A DNA stretch of 64,000 bases from Sphingomonas sp. (GCA_021154945.1 JAJNQF010000419.1:8532-72531); one strand, 5' to 3'; shown: positions 19,644-29,795, numbered from the stretch's first letter. Made by a program: numbers and translations. Notes: generated from the letters alone by a model not told the origin.

Positions 19644-21389
19644 TCAGATGAAGCGTTTCAGCAACCCCGAGTTCGTCTTCGCCAATTCGACGACCTCGTC
19701 GCCGCGGCCGCTGATGATGGCCTTCGCCATGTAGAGCGTGAACCCCTTCATCTGTTCCAGATCGATCTTGGGCGGTACCACGAGCTCCGTACGCGCGGTG
19801 ACGACGTCGAGCAAGGCAGGGCCCGGATGCGCCAGGACCTCCTTGATTGCGGCTTCCAGTTCACCAGGGTCGGTCACCCGGACACCGTGCAACCCTATCG
19901 TCCGCGCCATCGCGGCGAAGTCCGGATTGTCGAGAGCGACGCCGGTCTCGATCAGCCCGGCGGCTTTCATCTCCAACTCGACGAAACCCAGCGTTCCGTT
20001 GTTGAAGACCACCACCTTGACTGGAAGCGCTTGCTGCCGGAGCGTGAGAAGCTCTCCCATCAGCATCGCCAGGCCGCCGTCGCCCGACAGAGTTATGACC
20101 TGACGGCCAGGATACGCGGACTGCGCGCCGATTGCCTGCGGCAGGGCGTTCGCCATCGATCCGTGGTTGAACGATCCGATCAGACGGCGGCGGCCGTTCA
20201 TCTCGAGATACCGCGCCGCCCAGACCGTCGGCGTTCCGACGTCGCAGGAAAACACGGCGTCGTCGGCGGCCAGTTCGCTCAGGATGCGGGCGACGTGCTG
20301 AGGGTGGACCACGCCGCTTCCCGCCTTGCCGTCGGCGAGTTCCTCCAGCGCCTCGCGCGCCTTCGCGTAATCCTTTCGGGCAGCTCGGAGGAACGATCCG
20401 TCGCGCTCGCCGGCGATATGGGGAAGCAGGGCGTCGATCGTCGCACCGATGTCGCCGATGAGACCCAGATCAATCCCCGTCCGGCGTCCGAGGTTCTCGG
20501 GCCGGAGGTCGATCTGGGCGACCAGCGCGTCTTCTGGGTAGAACTGCCGGTACGGAAAGTCAGTGCCGAGCATGAGCAGCATGTCGCACGCCTTCATCGC
20601 GTCGTAGCCGGACGAGAAGCCGATCAGTCCGGTCATTCCGACGTCGAACGGATTGTCGTATTCGACGAACTCCTTTCCGCCGAGCGCATGCACGATCGGA
20701 GCCTGCAGCGCCTCGGCGATCTTCAGCAGCTGTGGATGCGCCGTACGACATCCGCGCCCCGCGAGGATCGTGACGCGGTCGGCGTTGTTCAGCATGGCGG
20801 CCAAGGCGTCGATGTCGGCGGCCTGCGGAACCACGGTCGCGGCCGACGGCAGCAGCGCCCGGTCCGAGCGGGCACGTCGTCCGACAACGGGATGAAGTCC
20901 GACGTCGCCCGGGATCGACACCACCGAGACGCCGCGATGTCCTACGGCCGCCCGTATCGCCGTATCCAGCGTACGGGGCATCTGGTCGGCGTTCGAGATG
21001 GTCTCGCAGTAGACGCTGCACTCGCGGAAGAGCCCCTCCGGCCGGGTTTCCTGGAAGTAGTTCGAGCCGATCTCGGCACTGGGCACCTGAGCGGCGATCG
21101 CCAAAACGGGTACGCGGGTGCGGTTGCAGTCGTACAGACCGTTGATGAGATGCATGTTGCCCGGGCCACAGGACCCGGCGCAGACCGCGAGCCGGCCGGT
21201 CAACTGTGCCTCGGCGCCTGCTGCGAACGCGGCGGCCTCCTCGTTGCGGACATGGACCCATTCGATCTTGCCCTGCCGCCGAAGGCTGTCCGTCAAACCG
21301 TTAAGGCTATCGCCGACGACGCCGTATATCCGCTTCACGCCCGCGAGGTGAAGAGTCTCCGCGAACAGGTCTGCGACGGTACAGTACAT
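19644..21389 (-). CDS. poxB: Ubiquinone-dependent pyruvate dehydrogenase (pyruvate oxidase)
   Basis: GVVGDSLNG, GSCGPGNMHLINGL, GSFNHGSMANA, ThDP motif GDGG..NN. Confidence 0.93.
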   Translation of the reverse strand: MYCTVADLFAETLHLAGVKRIYGVVGDSLNGLTDSLRRQGKIEWVHVRNEEAAAFAAGAEAQLTGRLAVCAGSCGPGNMHLINGLYDCNRTRVPVLAIAAQVPSAEIGSNYFQETRPEGLFRECSVYCETISNADQMPRTLDTAIRAAVGHRGVSVVSIPGDVGLHPVVGRRARSDRALLPSAATVVPQAADIDALAAMLNNADRVTILAGRGCRTAHPQLLKIAEALQAPIVHALGGKEFVEYDNPFDVGMTGLIGFSSGYDAMKACDMLLMLGTDFPYRQFYPEDALVAQIDLRPENLGRRTGIDLGLIGDIGATIDALLPHIAGERDGSFLRAARKDYAKAREALEELADGKAGSGVVHPQHVARILSELAADDAVFSCDVGTPTVWAARYLEMNGRRRLIGSFNHGSMANALPQAIGAQSAYPGRQVITLSGDGGLAMLMGELLTLRQQALPVKVVVFNNGTLGFVELEMKAAGLIETGVALDNPDFAAMARTIGLHGVRVTDPGELEAAIKEVLAHPGPALLDVVTARTELVVPPKIDLEQMKGFTLYMAKAIISGRGDEVVELAKTNSGLLKRFI

Positions 21390-21604
21390 GGCGATCTCCG
21401 AAATGCTGAGATGTCGAGCGCTCGCCCGACGGGGTGGGGCGTGCTGGGCCGCGCGAATGTCGTACCAGCTTGGGGAAGGGGACTTGTCGCGTCGGGCAAG
21501 CCGCGTCGTTCGTTCACGATTATGACGGCGAGTGAATGCCGACGTCCTTTGGCTCCGTCCGGATGCCCCGAACTCCAGGCATCCGGACGCAACGCCGTAA
21601 GTGA

Positions 21605-23086
21605 TCAGGCGCCGCCGACGCCTTCTCCGACGAGCTTGCCTGGATCGACCACCCGGTCGAATGTCGTCTCGTCGACCTTGCCCGATTTCAGCGCCGCCTC
21701 CTTCAAGGTCGATCCGTCCGCGTTGGCAGCTTCGGCGATGTGGGCTGCGTTGTCGTAGCCAATCACCGGCGAGAGAGCCGTCACCAGCATGAGGGACTCG
21801 TTCACGGACGCGTCGATCCGCTCACGGTTCAGGGTCGTGCCTTCGATCGAGTAGGTGCGCATCTTCGCGCACATGTCACCGAGGATACGGGCGGAGTGGA
21901 GGACGTTGTTGATGATGATCGGACGCATCGCATTCAGCTCGAAGTTGCCCTGACTGCCTGCGAACGCGACCGCATTGTCCTCGCCGATGACCTGGATGCA
22001 GACCATGACCATGGCCTCGCACTGTGTCGGGTTGACCTTGCCCGGCATGATCGAGGACCCTGGCTCGTTCTGAGGCAGCAGCAGTTCGCCCAGACCGCAG
22101 CGGGGGCCGGACGCCAACCAGCGCATGTCGTTTGAGATCTTCATAAGGGAGACGGCCAGACCGCGGAGCGTCGCCATGGTCGCGACCATCGCATCGAGGG
22201 AACCCTGTGCGGCGAACTTGTTAGGTGCCGTGATGAACGGCTTGTGGGTGAGCTCGGCGATCGCTTCGGCGATCTCGATCGAGAAGCCCTTCGGCGAGTT
22301 CAGACCGGTTCCAACGGCGGTGCCACCTGCCGCCAGCTTGTAGAGACCGCCCATCGACGCCCGGACTGCGGCGATCGCATCGCGGACCTGCGTCGCGTAG
22401 CCCGACCATTCCTGCCCGACGGTCAGGGGTACGGCGTCCTGAAGGTGGGTGCGGCCCGTCTTGACCACGTCCATCCACTCGTCGCTCTTGGCCTCGATGG
22501 CGATCGCGAACTTCTCCGCCTGGGGAAGCAGGATCTCGTCGAGTTCGAGCACGGTCGCGATGTGCATGGCCGTCGGGAACGTGTCGTTCGACGACTGTCC
22601 CATGTTGACGTGATCGTTGGGATGCACGGGCGTCTGGGTCCCGAGTTCGCCACCGAGCAACTGGATCGCGCGGTTGGAGAGGACCTCGTTGACGTTCATG
22701 TTCGACTGCGTGCCGGACCCGGTCTGCCACACGTAGAGCGGGTAGTCGTCGTCCAGAGCGCCCGCGATCGTCTCGTCGGCTGCGCGGATGATCGCATCCG
22801 CACGCCATTGCTCCAGCCTTCCGGCCTTCGCGTTCACAAGCGCGGCCGCTTTCTTCACGTACCCGTACGCATGGTAGACCTCCTTGGGCATCTTGTCGTT
22901 GCCGATGGAGAAGTGCTGCAGCGAGCGCTGGGTCTGTGCACCCCAGTAACGGTCCGCAGGAACCATGACCGTCCCCATGGAATCGAATTCCTTGCGTTCG
23001 CCCGACGCGTCCAGCCCGATCGGGATATCCTTTATGGAAGGCGTTTCCGACGTCTGAGGCTTCTTCTCTGCGGTTGAATTGGTCAC
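21605..23086 (-). CDS. fumC: Class II fumarate hydratase
   Basis: YWGAQTQRS, QTGSGTQSNMN, SSNDTFPT, GSSIMPGKVNPTQCE; GTG at 23086 after AAAGGA. Confidence 0.96.
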   Translation of the reverse strand: MTNSTAEKKPQTSETPSIKDIPIGLDASGERKEFDSMGTVMVPADRYWGAQTQRSLQHFSIGNDKMPKEVYHAYGYVKKAAALVNAKAGRLEQWRADAIIRAADETIAGALDDDYPLYVWQTGSGTQSNMNVNEVLSNRAIQLLGGELGTQTPVHPNDHVNMGQSSNDTFPTAMHIATVLELDEILLPQAEKFAIAIEAKSDEWMDVVKTGRTHLQDAVPLTVGQEWSGYATQVRDAIAAVRASMGGLYKLAAGGTAVGTGLNSPKGFSIEIAEAIAELTHKPFITAPNKFAAQGSLDAMVATMATLRGLAVSLMKISNDMRWLASGPRCGLGELLLPQNEPGSSIMPGKVNPTQCEAMVMVCIQVIGEDNAVAFAGSQGNFELNAMRPIIINNVLHSARILGDMCAKMRTYSIEGTTLNRERIDASVNESLMLVTALSPVIGYDNAAHIAEAANADGSTLKEAALKSGKVDETTFDRVVDPGKLVGEGVGGA

Positions 23087-23363
23087 TGGTCTGTTCCTTT
23101 TCATGCTTCGAGATGATCGCATCCGGACAAGGGCTGCCCCACGGAGCGTGGCCGGCAGTCACGTTCAATCGTATCTGTGAACGTATCGCGTCGTTAGTCA
23201 GCGATCTCTTAGCGACAACAACGCCTCTAGTAACGAGTAGTTACGGAGCTCCTATGTATAGGATATCCAGAACTTGGATAAACCGAACAATTAAGTCTGA
23301 GCGTATGGTGAGTCTCTGACAAAAGAACTATTGACGTTGGCAGCGGTATCAGGGGTTTGTTGT

Positions 23364-24620
23364 ATGTCGGCGTTGCAGGATCATGATGTCGTGGGGCTGA
23401 TCGGGGATGCCGTGATCAACCTTCACGGCAACGGACAGCAGACCGACGAGACGGTCAGATCGGTCAAGCGGCTCGTTCGGCACTACGACGCCGATATCGC
23501 CGTCATGCCGCGATGGGGCGAGGTTTTGCTCCGCGAGGGACCTGGCGCAGCCGGTCGCCCGATCGCGCTGCTGGACGTCACTCCGTCGAGCGTCGGCATG
23601 AACCGCGTCCTGGCCACCAGCAGGGTCATCGACGCGGCGATCGCTGAACATCTACCGATTACGGAGGTGCGGGCTAGGCTGAAGACCGTCGGAGCGATGC
23701 CGCCCTCGTCAAATCACCTGTTCGCATTGGCGTGCGCGACCGGAGCGGTCGCGTTGTCGGTCACGTTCGGCGTCGAACACCTTCCCGCGGTCGTGCTCAT
23801 GTTCGTCAGCGCCGGCGCCGGTGGATATGTCCGGCGCCTGTCCTCGCGATACGGGGCAAGCGCCTTCGCGCAGGCGTTCCTGGCAGCTCTCCTCGCAGGA
23901 TTGATCGGCGCCCTGGGGGTGCGCCTCAACATCAGTTCGGACCTCAGGCTGATAGCCGTATGTCCCTGCATGGTGATCGTGCCCGGCCCCCATCTGCTGA
24001 ACGGGACGCTCGATCTGCTCGCCGGTCGTCTGCCGCTCGGGGCTTCGCGCCTGCTCTTCGCTGCGCTCATCCTGCTTTCGATTAGCGCAGGACTCCTGGT
24101 CGGCCTCAGCGTCTGCGACGTGTCGCTTCCGGCGGCACCGGTGGGGCGGGCGGTCGCTCTATGGCCGGTCGTTCTCGCGGCCGGCGTGGCGGCCTCGTGC
24201 TACAGCGTCTTCTTCTCGATGCCCCTGCGTCTTCTCGGTTGGCCGATCGCGACCGCGATGGCCGTCGACGGCGTCCGGTGGCTTGCGATGAGCGAACTGC
24301 ACGTCGGACCTGCCGGAGGTGCCGGCCTCGCCGGTCTGGTCGCGGGGACACTGCTGGTGCCGGTCGCCCGGCGCCATCGGATCCCGTTCGCGGGCATCGG
24401 CTTCGCGTCCATCGTATCGCTGATGCCGGGGGTGTTCGTATTTCGAATGATGGGCGGACTGACGTCGCTCCAGTTCGCCGACCACGCGGCAGCCGTCCCG
24501 ATACTGGAGGGCGTGGTGGCCGACGGGTTGACCGCGCTTCTGATCGTGGCTGCGATGACGGTCTGCATCGTCATCCCCAAGCATCTCTACGACACGTTCT
24601 GGCCGAGCGCGGCTCGATGA
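23364..24620 (+). CDS. ThrE-family (YjjP/YjjB-like fused) exporter
   Basis: Soluble N-terminal part then about 10 TM segments with VPGPHLLNG and SLMPG motifs. Confidence 0.75.
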   Translation: MSALQDHDVVGLIGDAVINLHGNGQQTDETVRSVKRLVRHYDADIAVMPRWGEVLLREGPGAAGRPIALLDVTPSSVGMNRVLATSRVIDAAIAEHLPITEVRARLKTVGAMPPSSNHLFALACATGAVALSVTFGVEHLPAVVLMFVSAGAGGYVRRLSSRYGASAFAQAFLAALLAGLIGALGVRLNISSDLRLIAVCPCMVIVPGPHLLNGTLDLLAGRLPLGASRLLFAALILLSISAGLLVGLSVCDVSLPAAPVGRAVALWPVVLAAGVAASCYSVFFSMPLRLLGWPIATAMAVDGVRWLAMSELHVGPAGGAGLAGLVAGTLLVPVARRHRIPFAGIGFASIVSLMPGVFVFRMMGGLTSLQFADHAAAVPILEGVVADGLTALLIVAAMTVCIVIPKHLYDTFWPSAAR

Positions 24621-25339
24621 GCGACGCTCTGATCGCGGCTTCGCAGCCGTCGGATCTTCCGATGACGCCGCAGAGCCTGCCTGCCTGCCTTGGCTTCGTA
24701 GCCGGCATCGTCGATGTCACGAGCTGGTTGACGCTGGGCGGACTCTTCACGGCGCACATAACCGGAAATCTGGTCGTGATGGCGGCGGACGCTCTCAACG
24801 GACGGCCCATGCATCCGACACAGGTGCTCGCCGTTCCGATGTTCATAATCGTGGCCGCCGTTCTCGCGATCATCGTCCGGCGCAGGCGAATGGAAGCTGG
24901 CAAGATTCAGGATGCCTTCCTGATCCTCCAGTCGGTTCTCCTGACGTTCGCCGCGCTCGTCGCGTTCACGGCTCGACCTTCGCTCGCGCCGCTCGCCGCG
25001 GACGCTGGAATTGTCGCGATGCTTGCCGTGGCGGCGATGGCCTCCCAGAACGCCCTGCTCCATCTTAGCACCAAGCCCTCTCCGACCACGGCCGTGATGA
25101 CCGGCAACATCGTCGCGTGCACGCTCTCGCTGGTCTCGATCGTCATGTACCGCCCGTCGGACTACGACGCCGCCAGGAAGCAGTGGCACGACACCTGGCC
25201 GGTTCTGGCAGGCTTTCTTCTCGGTTGCATCGCAGGTTCGGTGTTCGTCCACTTCTGGAAGGACGGCGCTTGGACCGCCGCTGCCGTGGCTTCGATCGCG
25301 TCCGCCGTATGGATCCGTACGGTCCGCAGGCCATCCTGA
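24617..25339 (+). CDS. DUF1275/YoaK-family membrane protein
   Basis: AGIVD, FTAHITGN, AMASQN, TTAVMTGN; ATGA overlap with upstream gene. Confidence 0.85.
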   Translation: MSDALIAASQPSDLPMTPQSLPACLGFVAGIVDVTSWLTLGGLFTAHITGNLVVMAADALNGRPMHPTQVLAVPMFIIVAAVLAIIVRRRRMEAGKIQDAFLILQSVLLTFAALVAFTARPSLAPLAADAGIVAMLAVAAMASQNALLHLSTKPSPTTAVMTGNIVACTLSLVSIVMYRPSDYDAARKQWHDTWPVLAGFLLGCIAGSVFVHFWKDGAWTAAAVASIASAVWIRTVRRPS

Positions 25340-25372
25340 TCCCCCAACACTCTACATCGCGAAGGAACGAAC

Positions 25373-25789
25373 ATGACTGATTTGCCGCCACCACCGATCA
25401 CGTCGCAGGAGATACGCATCGTGGACGCGCGGGGAAAACCGCGCATCCTGATCTCCGCCAAGGACGGTACGCCGACGATCGTGCTCCTCCGCGCGGATGG
25501 AGAGACGGGAGCGAGCGTCGCTTTGGACGTCGACGGTCGACCTGCGGTCAAGCTCGCCAACCCGGTAGCCGGAGGCCCGGTCGCGGCGTTGGAGATCGAC
25601 GACAAGGGCGCGCACGTGAAGTTCGACCGGAAGGGCGGTGCTTCGGCGTACCTGTTCCTCAACAACCTGGGAGGATCCGGCGTCGTGCTGATCGACCCGA
25701 CCGGGAAGCGACGCCTGGATGCGATCGTCGCTCCCGACGGGAAGACGACGATCGAGCGGGTAGGTGACGACGGAAAGGCGCTGCCGTAA
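25373..25789 (+). CDS. Hypothetical protein with repeated beta-hairpin-like units
   Basis: AAGGA RBS, strong codon bias; IVDARGKPR, LRADGET, LIDPTGKRR units. Confidence 0.7.
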   Translation: MTDLPPPPITSQEIRIVDARGKPRILISAKDGTPTIVLLRADGETGASVALDVDGRPAVKLANPVAGGPVAALEIDDKGAHVKFDRKGGASAYLFLNNLGGSGVVLIDPTGKRRLDAIVAPDGKTTIERVGDDGKALP

Positions 25790-26197
25790 CGGTTGCAGCT
25801 CGCAACGTTGAACTCGGGCTGACAAAAGAGGTGCGACTTTCCCTATTCTCCGCTCTGATGGGAAAGGCTGGTTGGCAGGAACCGCCCACACCCCGACATT
25901 CAGGCTGGTGATCCGGACTCCCGACAACAGCCATTCGTTGAGCGCGATCTTTCCCGTTTCTCCGTCTCGAACAGCCCATTTCGGGAAAGAGCAATCGGGA
26001 ACAGAGTTCGGGAAAGGGGTGGCCCGGCCGGCTTTCTGTGCGATCGCCCGGGCAACTGTCCCGCTGCGGATTCCTTTTCGGGAAGAAGCTCAAGCGTTAA
26101 AGCGTCGCCATGAAGATCATGTCCGCCATGCTGTTGGTGTCGGTTGAAGCCGGCGCAGGCCCTGACATCGCAAGCATGGCCAAGTAAGAGTGAAGTA

Positions 26198-26659
26198 ATG
26201 ACAGACGCCGCAAACGTTATTGCCGTGGACCATACAGGCTTCGCCGTATCGTCTTTAGACGAAGCCGTTCACTTCTGGATGGAGGCGCTCGGTTTCACAC
26301 TTGAGCGGCAATCGGAGATGGGGGGCGACTTCCTGCATCAGGTGACAGGTGTCGATGATCCGAGTGTGAAAACGGCGATCGTCAGGGCACCGGACGGCTA
26401 TGTTGTCGAACTGTTGCAATATTCAAAAGGGCGCCAGAACGGTGCGGTGCCCAACAGCGCGGGGGCGATCGGTGCGGCCCACCTGGCTCTGGCCGTAAAC
26501 GATATCCATGCCGCTATTGCCCGCGTCGAGGCAGCAGGATGGAAGGCGAAGGGTAGTCCGTTGCCGATCGCGGGTGGGCCAAGGAAGGGAACGTTGGTGG
26601 CCTACGTTTCAGGCCCCGATCATATCACGATAGAGCTTATGCAGCCGCCAGCCCGTTAA
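26198..26659 (+). CDS. VOC/glyoxalase-family protein
   Basis: DHTGFAVSSLD, VELLQY, HLALAV, IELMQ metal-ligand pattern; more AT-rich than flanks. Confidence 0.85.
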   Translation: MTDAANVIAVDHTGFAVSSLDEAVHFWMEALGFTLERQSEMGGDFLHQVTGVDDPSVKTAIVRAPDGYVVELLQYSKGRQNGAVPNSAGAIGAAHLALAVNDIHAAIARVEAAGWKAKGSPLPIAGGPRKGTLVAYVSGPDHITIELMQPPAR

Positions 26660-26732
26660 TGGGCCGGCGGACGTTTTCCCGCTTCACCATCCCAATCGAG
26701 AAACCAGACCTGCCGAAATTTTTCCCGGGCAC

Positions 26733-27200
26733 TTATGGGGCGGGTAGAGTAGGGAGAGGCTCCTTGGCTAGCCTGACAATCTCCGCGGCTAGATCGTCGG
26801 ATGATGCTGCCGCCTTAGGCCAATAAATCATGTCGCAGATGGGTACGTTAGGGAAAGTGCGCTCAAGAGTACCAAGGCAAAAGCTGCTCCTTGGTTCGTC
26901 CGCAGCTTCGATGACGCCGATGCATTCCGCAACTTCCTGAACGGTAAGGTCGGGGATGCCCGGAGGAGGTCCCATCGCTGCCAACACCGCAAAATCACGT
27001 TCGCTGGTCCAACTGTACAGGTTGCTAAACGTGACGCTATCATACCCCTGCGATCCCGCTAGCGTATCGGCTTCGGCGATGAGCGCGTCGCACTCTTCGT
27101 CAGCATCCAAGCAATCCACGATCCGAAGAATGAGGTTCTGCAATGCGTCGATCCGCTCCGGCGGGGGCGTCGGTATCAGCGCCTCAATCCTGCTGGGCAT
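26733..27200 (-). CDS. Hypothetical protein, C-terminal half resembling colicin/pyocin nuclease immunity proteins
   Basis: GGAGAGG RBS; acidic helical protein with LT..EV..CI..I and FP....DMIYWP......AEIV. Confidence 0.55.
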   Translation of the reverse strand: MPSRIEALIPTPPPERIDALQNLILRIVDCLDADEECDALIAEADTLAGSQGYDSVTFSNLYSWTSERDFAVLAAMGPPPGIPDLTVQEVAECIGVIEAADEPRSSFCLGTLERTFPNVPICDMIYWPKAAASSDDLAAEIVRLAKEPLPTLPAP

Positions 27201-27419
27201 CGAACCTCTCCTAACCGTAGAATAATAGCCGACCATGAACACCGCTGTCGAACCTCCCCATTTGGCGGTCCGCGAGCAGATGGGTCAGCTTCGAGTCTTC
27301 GTCGGACCGATTTGGATCTCCGCATCGGCAGCCCAGCGCCTTCCGAGCGTTCCGGCTCACGCATCGTCGAAACGCCTTCTATTGCCGCTTCGGGCAAACG
27401 TGGTTCCAGGCCCCGACAC

Positions 27420-27665
27420 CTAACGATGCGCGGTGCGTGGGTATGACGTGCCGAACTCGCTTACCACCTGACTGATGGCCGCTCCGACCTCGCTTGCGAT
27501 GGCATGTCCGTCGAAGGTCCAGTTGGGGTCGGTGGGACCGTTCGTCCGAACCTGCCGACCAGGACCCATCTCATGACGGATCTCGTCGACGTCTACGCCA
27601 GTCAGTTCGTTGACTCGTTCGGCGATCATCCGCCCGAGATCCTCAAGGCTCGGAATCCCGCTCAC
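27420..27665 (-). CDS. Small hypothetical protein (81 aa)
   Basis: GTG overlaps the stop of the upstream DUF1275 gene; MSGIPSLEDLGRMIAERV...DPNWTF... Confidence 0.5.
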   Translation of the reverse strand: MSGIPSLEDLGRMIAERVNELTGVDVDEIRHEMGPGRQVRTNGPTDPNWTFDGHAIASEVGAAISQVVSEFGTSYPRTAHR

Positions 27666-28378
27666 GCTGCGACCTTGCGGACCGATGCAGGATGCAGTGC
27701 ACAGCCGATCGTCGCGAGGAGGATCACCGTGCCGGCGACCGCCAACGGCGCCACGAGACCGAACGTGAAAAGCAGCCAGGCACCGATCGCTGCGCCGACG
27801 AAGATCGCCACGACGGCGGCGATGCGTCTCCGCCAATTGGTGTTGGCACCCCCCGCGACGCTGGAGTCGGCACCGAGACCGGTAAACGTCATCGTCAGCA
27901 CGGTGGTGGTGAGATCGGCCACCTTCAGCTGCCGGATCGTGCCGTTGCGATACCCCATCGCGACGCCGGTCAGCGCGATGATGGCGAACAGTCGGGCCTG
28001 AGGCGCCTGGGTCGCGACGTCGAAGTCCATCGCGACCATCGCCGCTGCCCAGAGCAGGACCGCCTCGATCGACGCGGATACGACGAGCCAACGCCGTTCG
28101 GTCCGACCGACATTCGCCTTGCCCATGCGTCCGGCGATGACCGCCCCGACCAGAAAACTTGCGATCGCGGCAAGGAAGGGGAGAACCTTGAAGCCCGGCG
28201 CGCCCGCCGCGGCGAACCCCAGGAACACGACGTTGCCCGTCATGTTCGCGGTGAAGACCTTCCCAAGACCAAGGACGCTCGCCGCGTCGACGAGGCCCGT
28301 AGTCGTCGAGAGGAGCAGCAGAAGCGGTATGCGCGGATCGAACGGCGCGGCGGCGGTAACGGTCATGGTCGTCTCCAT
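27662..28378 (-). CDS. DUF1275/YoaK-family membrane protein
   Basis: TGLVDAAS, FTANMTGN, AMGYRN, TTTVLT. Confidence 0.88.
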   Translation of the reverse strand: METTMTVTAAAPFDPRIPLLLLLSTTTGLVDAASVLGLGKVFTANMTGNVVFLGFAAAGAPGFKVLPFLAAIASFLVGAVIAGRMGKANVGRTERRWLVVSASIEAVLLWAAAMVAMDFDVATQAPQARLFAIIALTGVAMGYRNGTIRQLKVADLTTTVLTMTFTGLGADSSVAGGANTNWRRRIAAVVAIFVGAAIGAWLLFTFGLVAPLAVAGTVILLATIGCALHPASVRKVAA

Positions 28379-28403
28379 TCAGAGTCGCGTGAGGTGGCGT
28401 CGC

Positions 28404-29795
28404 TTAGAACCGGAAGTTGCTTTCCAGCCCCAGCATCGTGATCGTCCTGGCGGACCCGGTGTTGCGAATGAATTGGCCGGGTGGAAATGCCGACAGCGAG
28501 GTCGACAGTTCGAGTTCCGGCGTCGCCTGCCAGGCGAGCGTCGCCTCGACCTCCTTGCCGATGAACCGGGCGCGCGACGTGCCTGGTGCGCGGATTAGGT
28601 TGCCGGGGATGTCGTACACGCCGTCGCTGAGCGAGTAGCGCCAGTACGCCGCGCCGGCGAGGCTGGCCGAAACCGTCTTCGTCAGCGTCATTCCGACACG
28701 CGGATTGACGCTGACGATGTTGGTGGGGCCGACCGGGGACAGCTCGCCGAAATACTTGCCCTTGGGGAACAGCGCGTTGAACGTGCCGAGGCTATCGTCG
28801 CCGCGGTGACGGTCGCCGCTCACCACGTTGAACCGCAGGACCGCGTCGGGGGCCAGCGGCGCGTCCGGGAAGCTATGTCCGACCTCGGTGCCGAGCGTCC
28901 ACGCCGCGATCGGTCCCCCGGCGAACCGGCCGAACTGGGCGATGCCCTCGATGTTCCAGTGCCAGTCCGCGGCCTTGCCGAACGACCGAGCGCCGATGCT
29001 GTGGCGCACCTCGCGTCCTGCACGGGGACCGAAGACCGCGGCCGTGTTGCGATAGCCGATGTAGTAGAGGTCGAGCCCGGTGTCGCCGCCGCCTATGGTG
29101 GCATAGGCCGCCCATAGCGACTTGGTCCGCGACCGCCGATCATCGAGCGTTCCGCTGCCGGGCTGAACGGGACGAACTGCCAGCAGGCTGACGGTCGCGC
29201 CGTTCAGGGATATGAGCGATCGGAGCCCGTCGAACGCGAGCGGGACGTTCGGTCCGTAGCGCGTCCCGATCAGACGCTCGGTGCCGAGTGAGATCATCTG
29301 GCGACCAGCGCGCAGCGTCACGCCGGTCTCGTCCATCGCATTGGTCGCAGCGGCGCCCAGTCGAACGTCGACGAAGCCCTGCAGGAGGTCGACGCGTGTC
29401 TGGTCGATCGGGCTGGCGGACGGCGATACACCCACCGCATAGGCGGCGATCGGCTGCACGAAGCCGCGTACGCGACCGACATGGAGATCGGCGTACGGCA
29501 TCGCGCGGAGCCACAGGTAGCCGTCGTCGGGTGCGGGACCGCCTCCCCAGAGGTTGTCGCGATACGCTTCGTCACGCGCGCGCAGTTCGATGCCCGTCGT
29601 CAGATACGTGTCGGTTGAGATCGGGATGTACTTGAACCGACCCGTCCAGCTCTTGGCCCGTTCATTTGCGTCCGCATCCGCGCTCCAGTCCTCGTCATAC
29701 CGGGTGATCGTGAGCGTCGGTGGCTGCCAGGCCTCCGTCGATTGCGCCTCCGCTCGACCGGCGAGCGCAAGTGCGAGGAGGGCGAGCCTACGCAC
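28404..29795 (-). CDS. Alginate-export-family outer-membrane beta-barrel
   Basis: Signal peptide from GTG at 29795; RYDEDWS, RAGRQ, SGD....DSLGTFNALFP; terminal Phe. Confidence 0.82.
   Translation of the reverse strand: MRRLALLALALAGRAEAQSTEAWQPPTLTITRYDEDWSADADANERAKSWTGRFKYIPISTDTYLTTGIELRARDEAYRDNLWGGGPAPDDGYLWLRAMPYADLHVGRVRGFVQPIAAYAVGVSPSASPIDQTRVDLLQGFVDVRLGAAATNAMDETGVTLRAGRQMISLGTERLIGTRYGPNVPLAFDGLRSLISLNGATVSLLAVRPVQPGSGTLDDRRSRTKSLWAAYATIGGGDTGLDLYYIGYRNTAAVFGPRAGREVRHSIGARSFGKAADWHWNIEGIAQFGRFAGGPIAAWTLGTEVGHSFPDAPLAPDAVLRFNVVSGDRHRGDDSLGTFNALFPKGKYFGELSPVGPTNIVSVNPRVGMTLTKTVSASLAGAAYWRYSLSDGVYDIPGNLIRAPGTSRARFIGKEVEATLAWQATPELELSTSLSAFPPGQFIRNTGSARTITMLGLESNFRF

Noticed and set aside
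19827..21758. 643-aa plus-strand ORF
   Set aside because: Antisense shadow of poxB caused by high-GC codon bias; no motifs
25790..26200. Possible CRISPR array or integron attC array
   Set aside because: Repeats are short, degenerate and irregularly spaced; no cas or intI gene
28404..29795. Link between the alginate-export-family porin and the lyase locus
   Set aside because: The family name reflects a barrel fold; the gene lies in a different operon and no alginate synthesis genes are present
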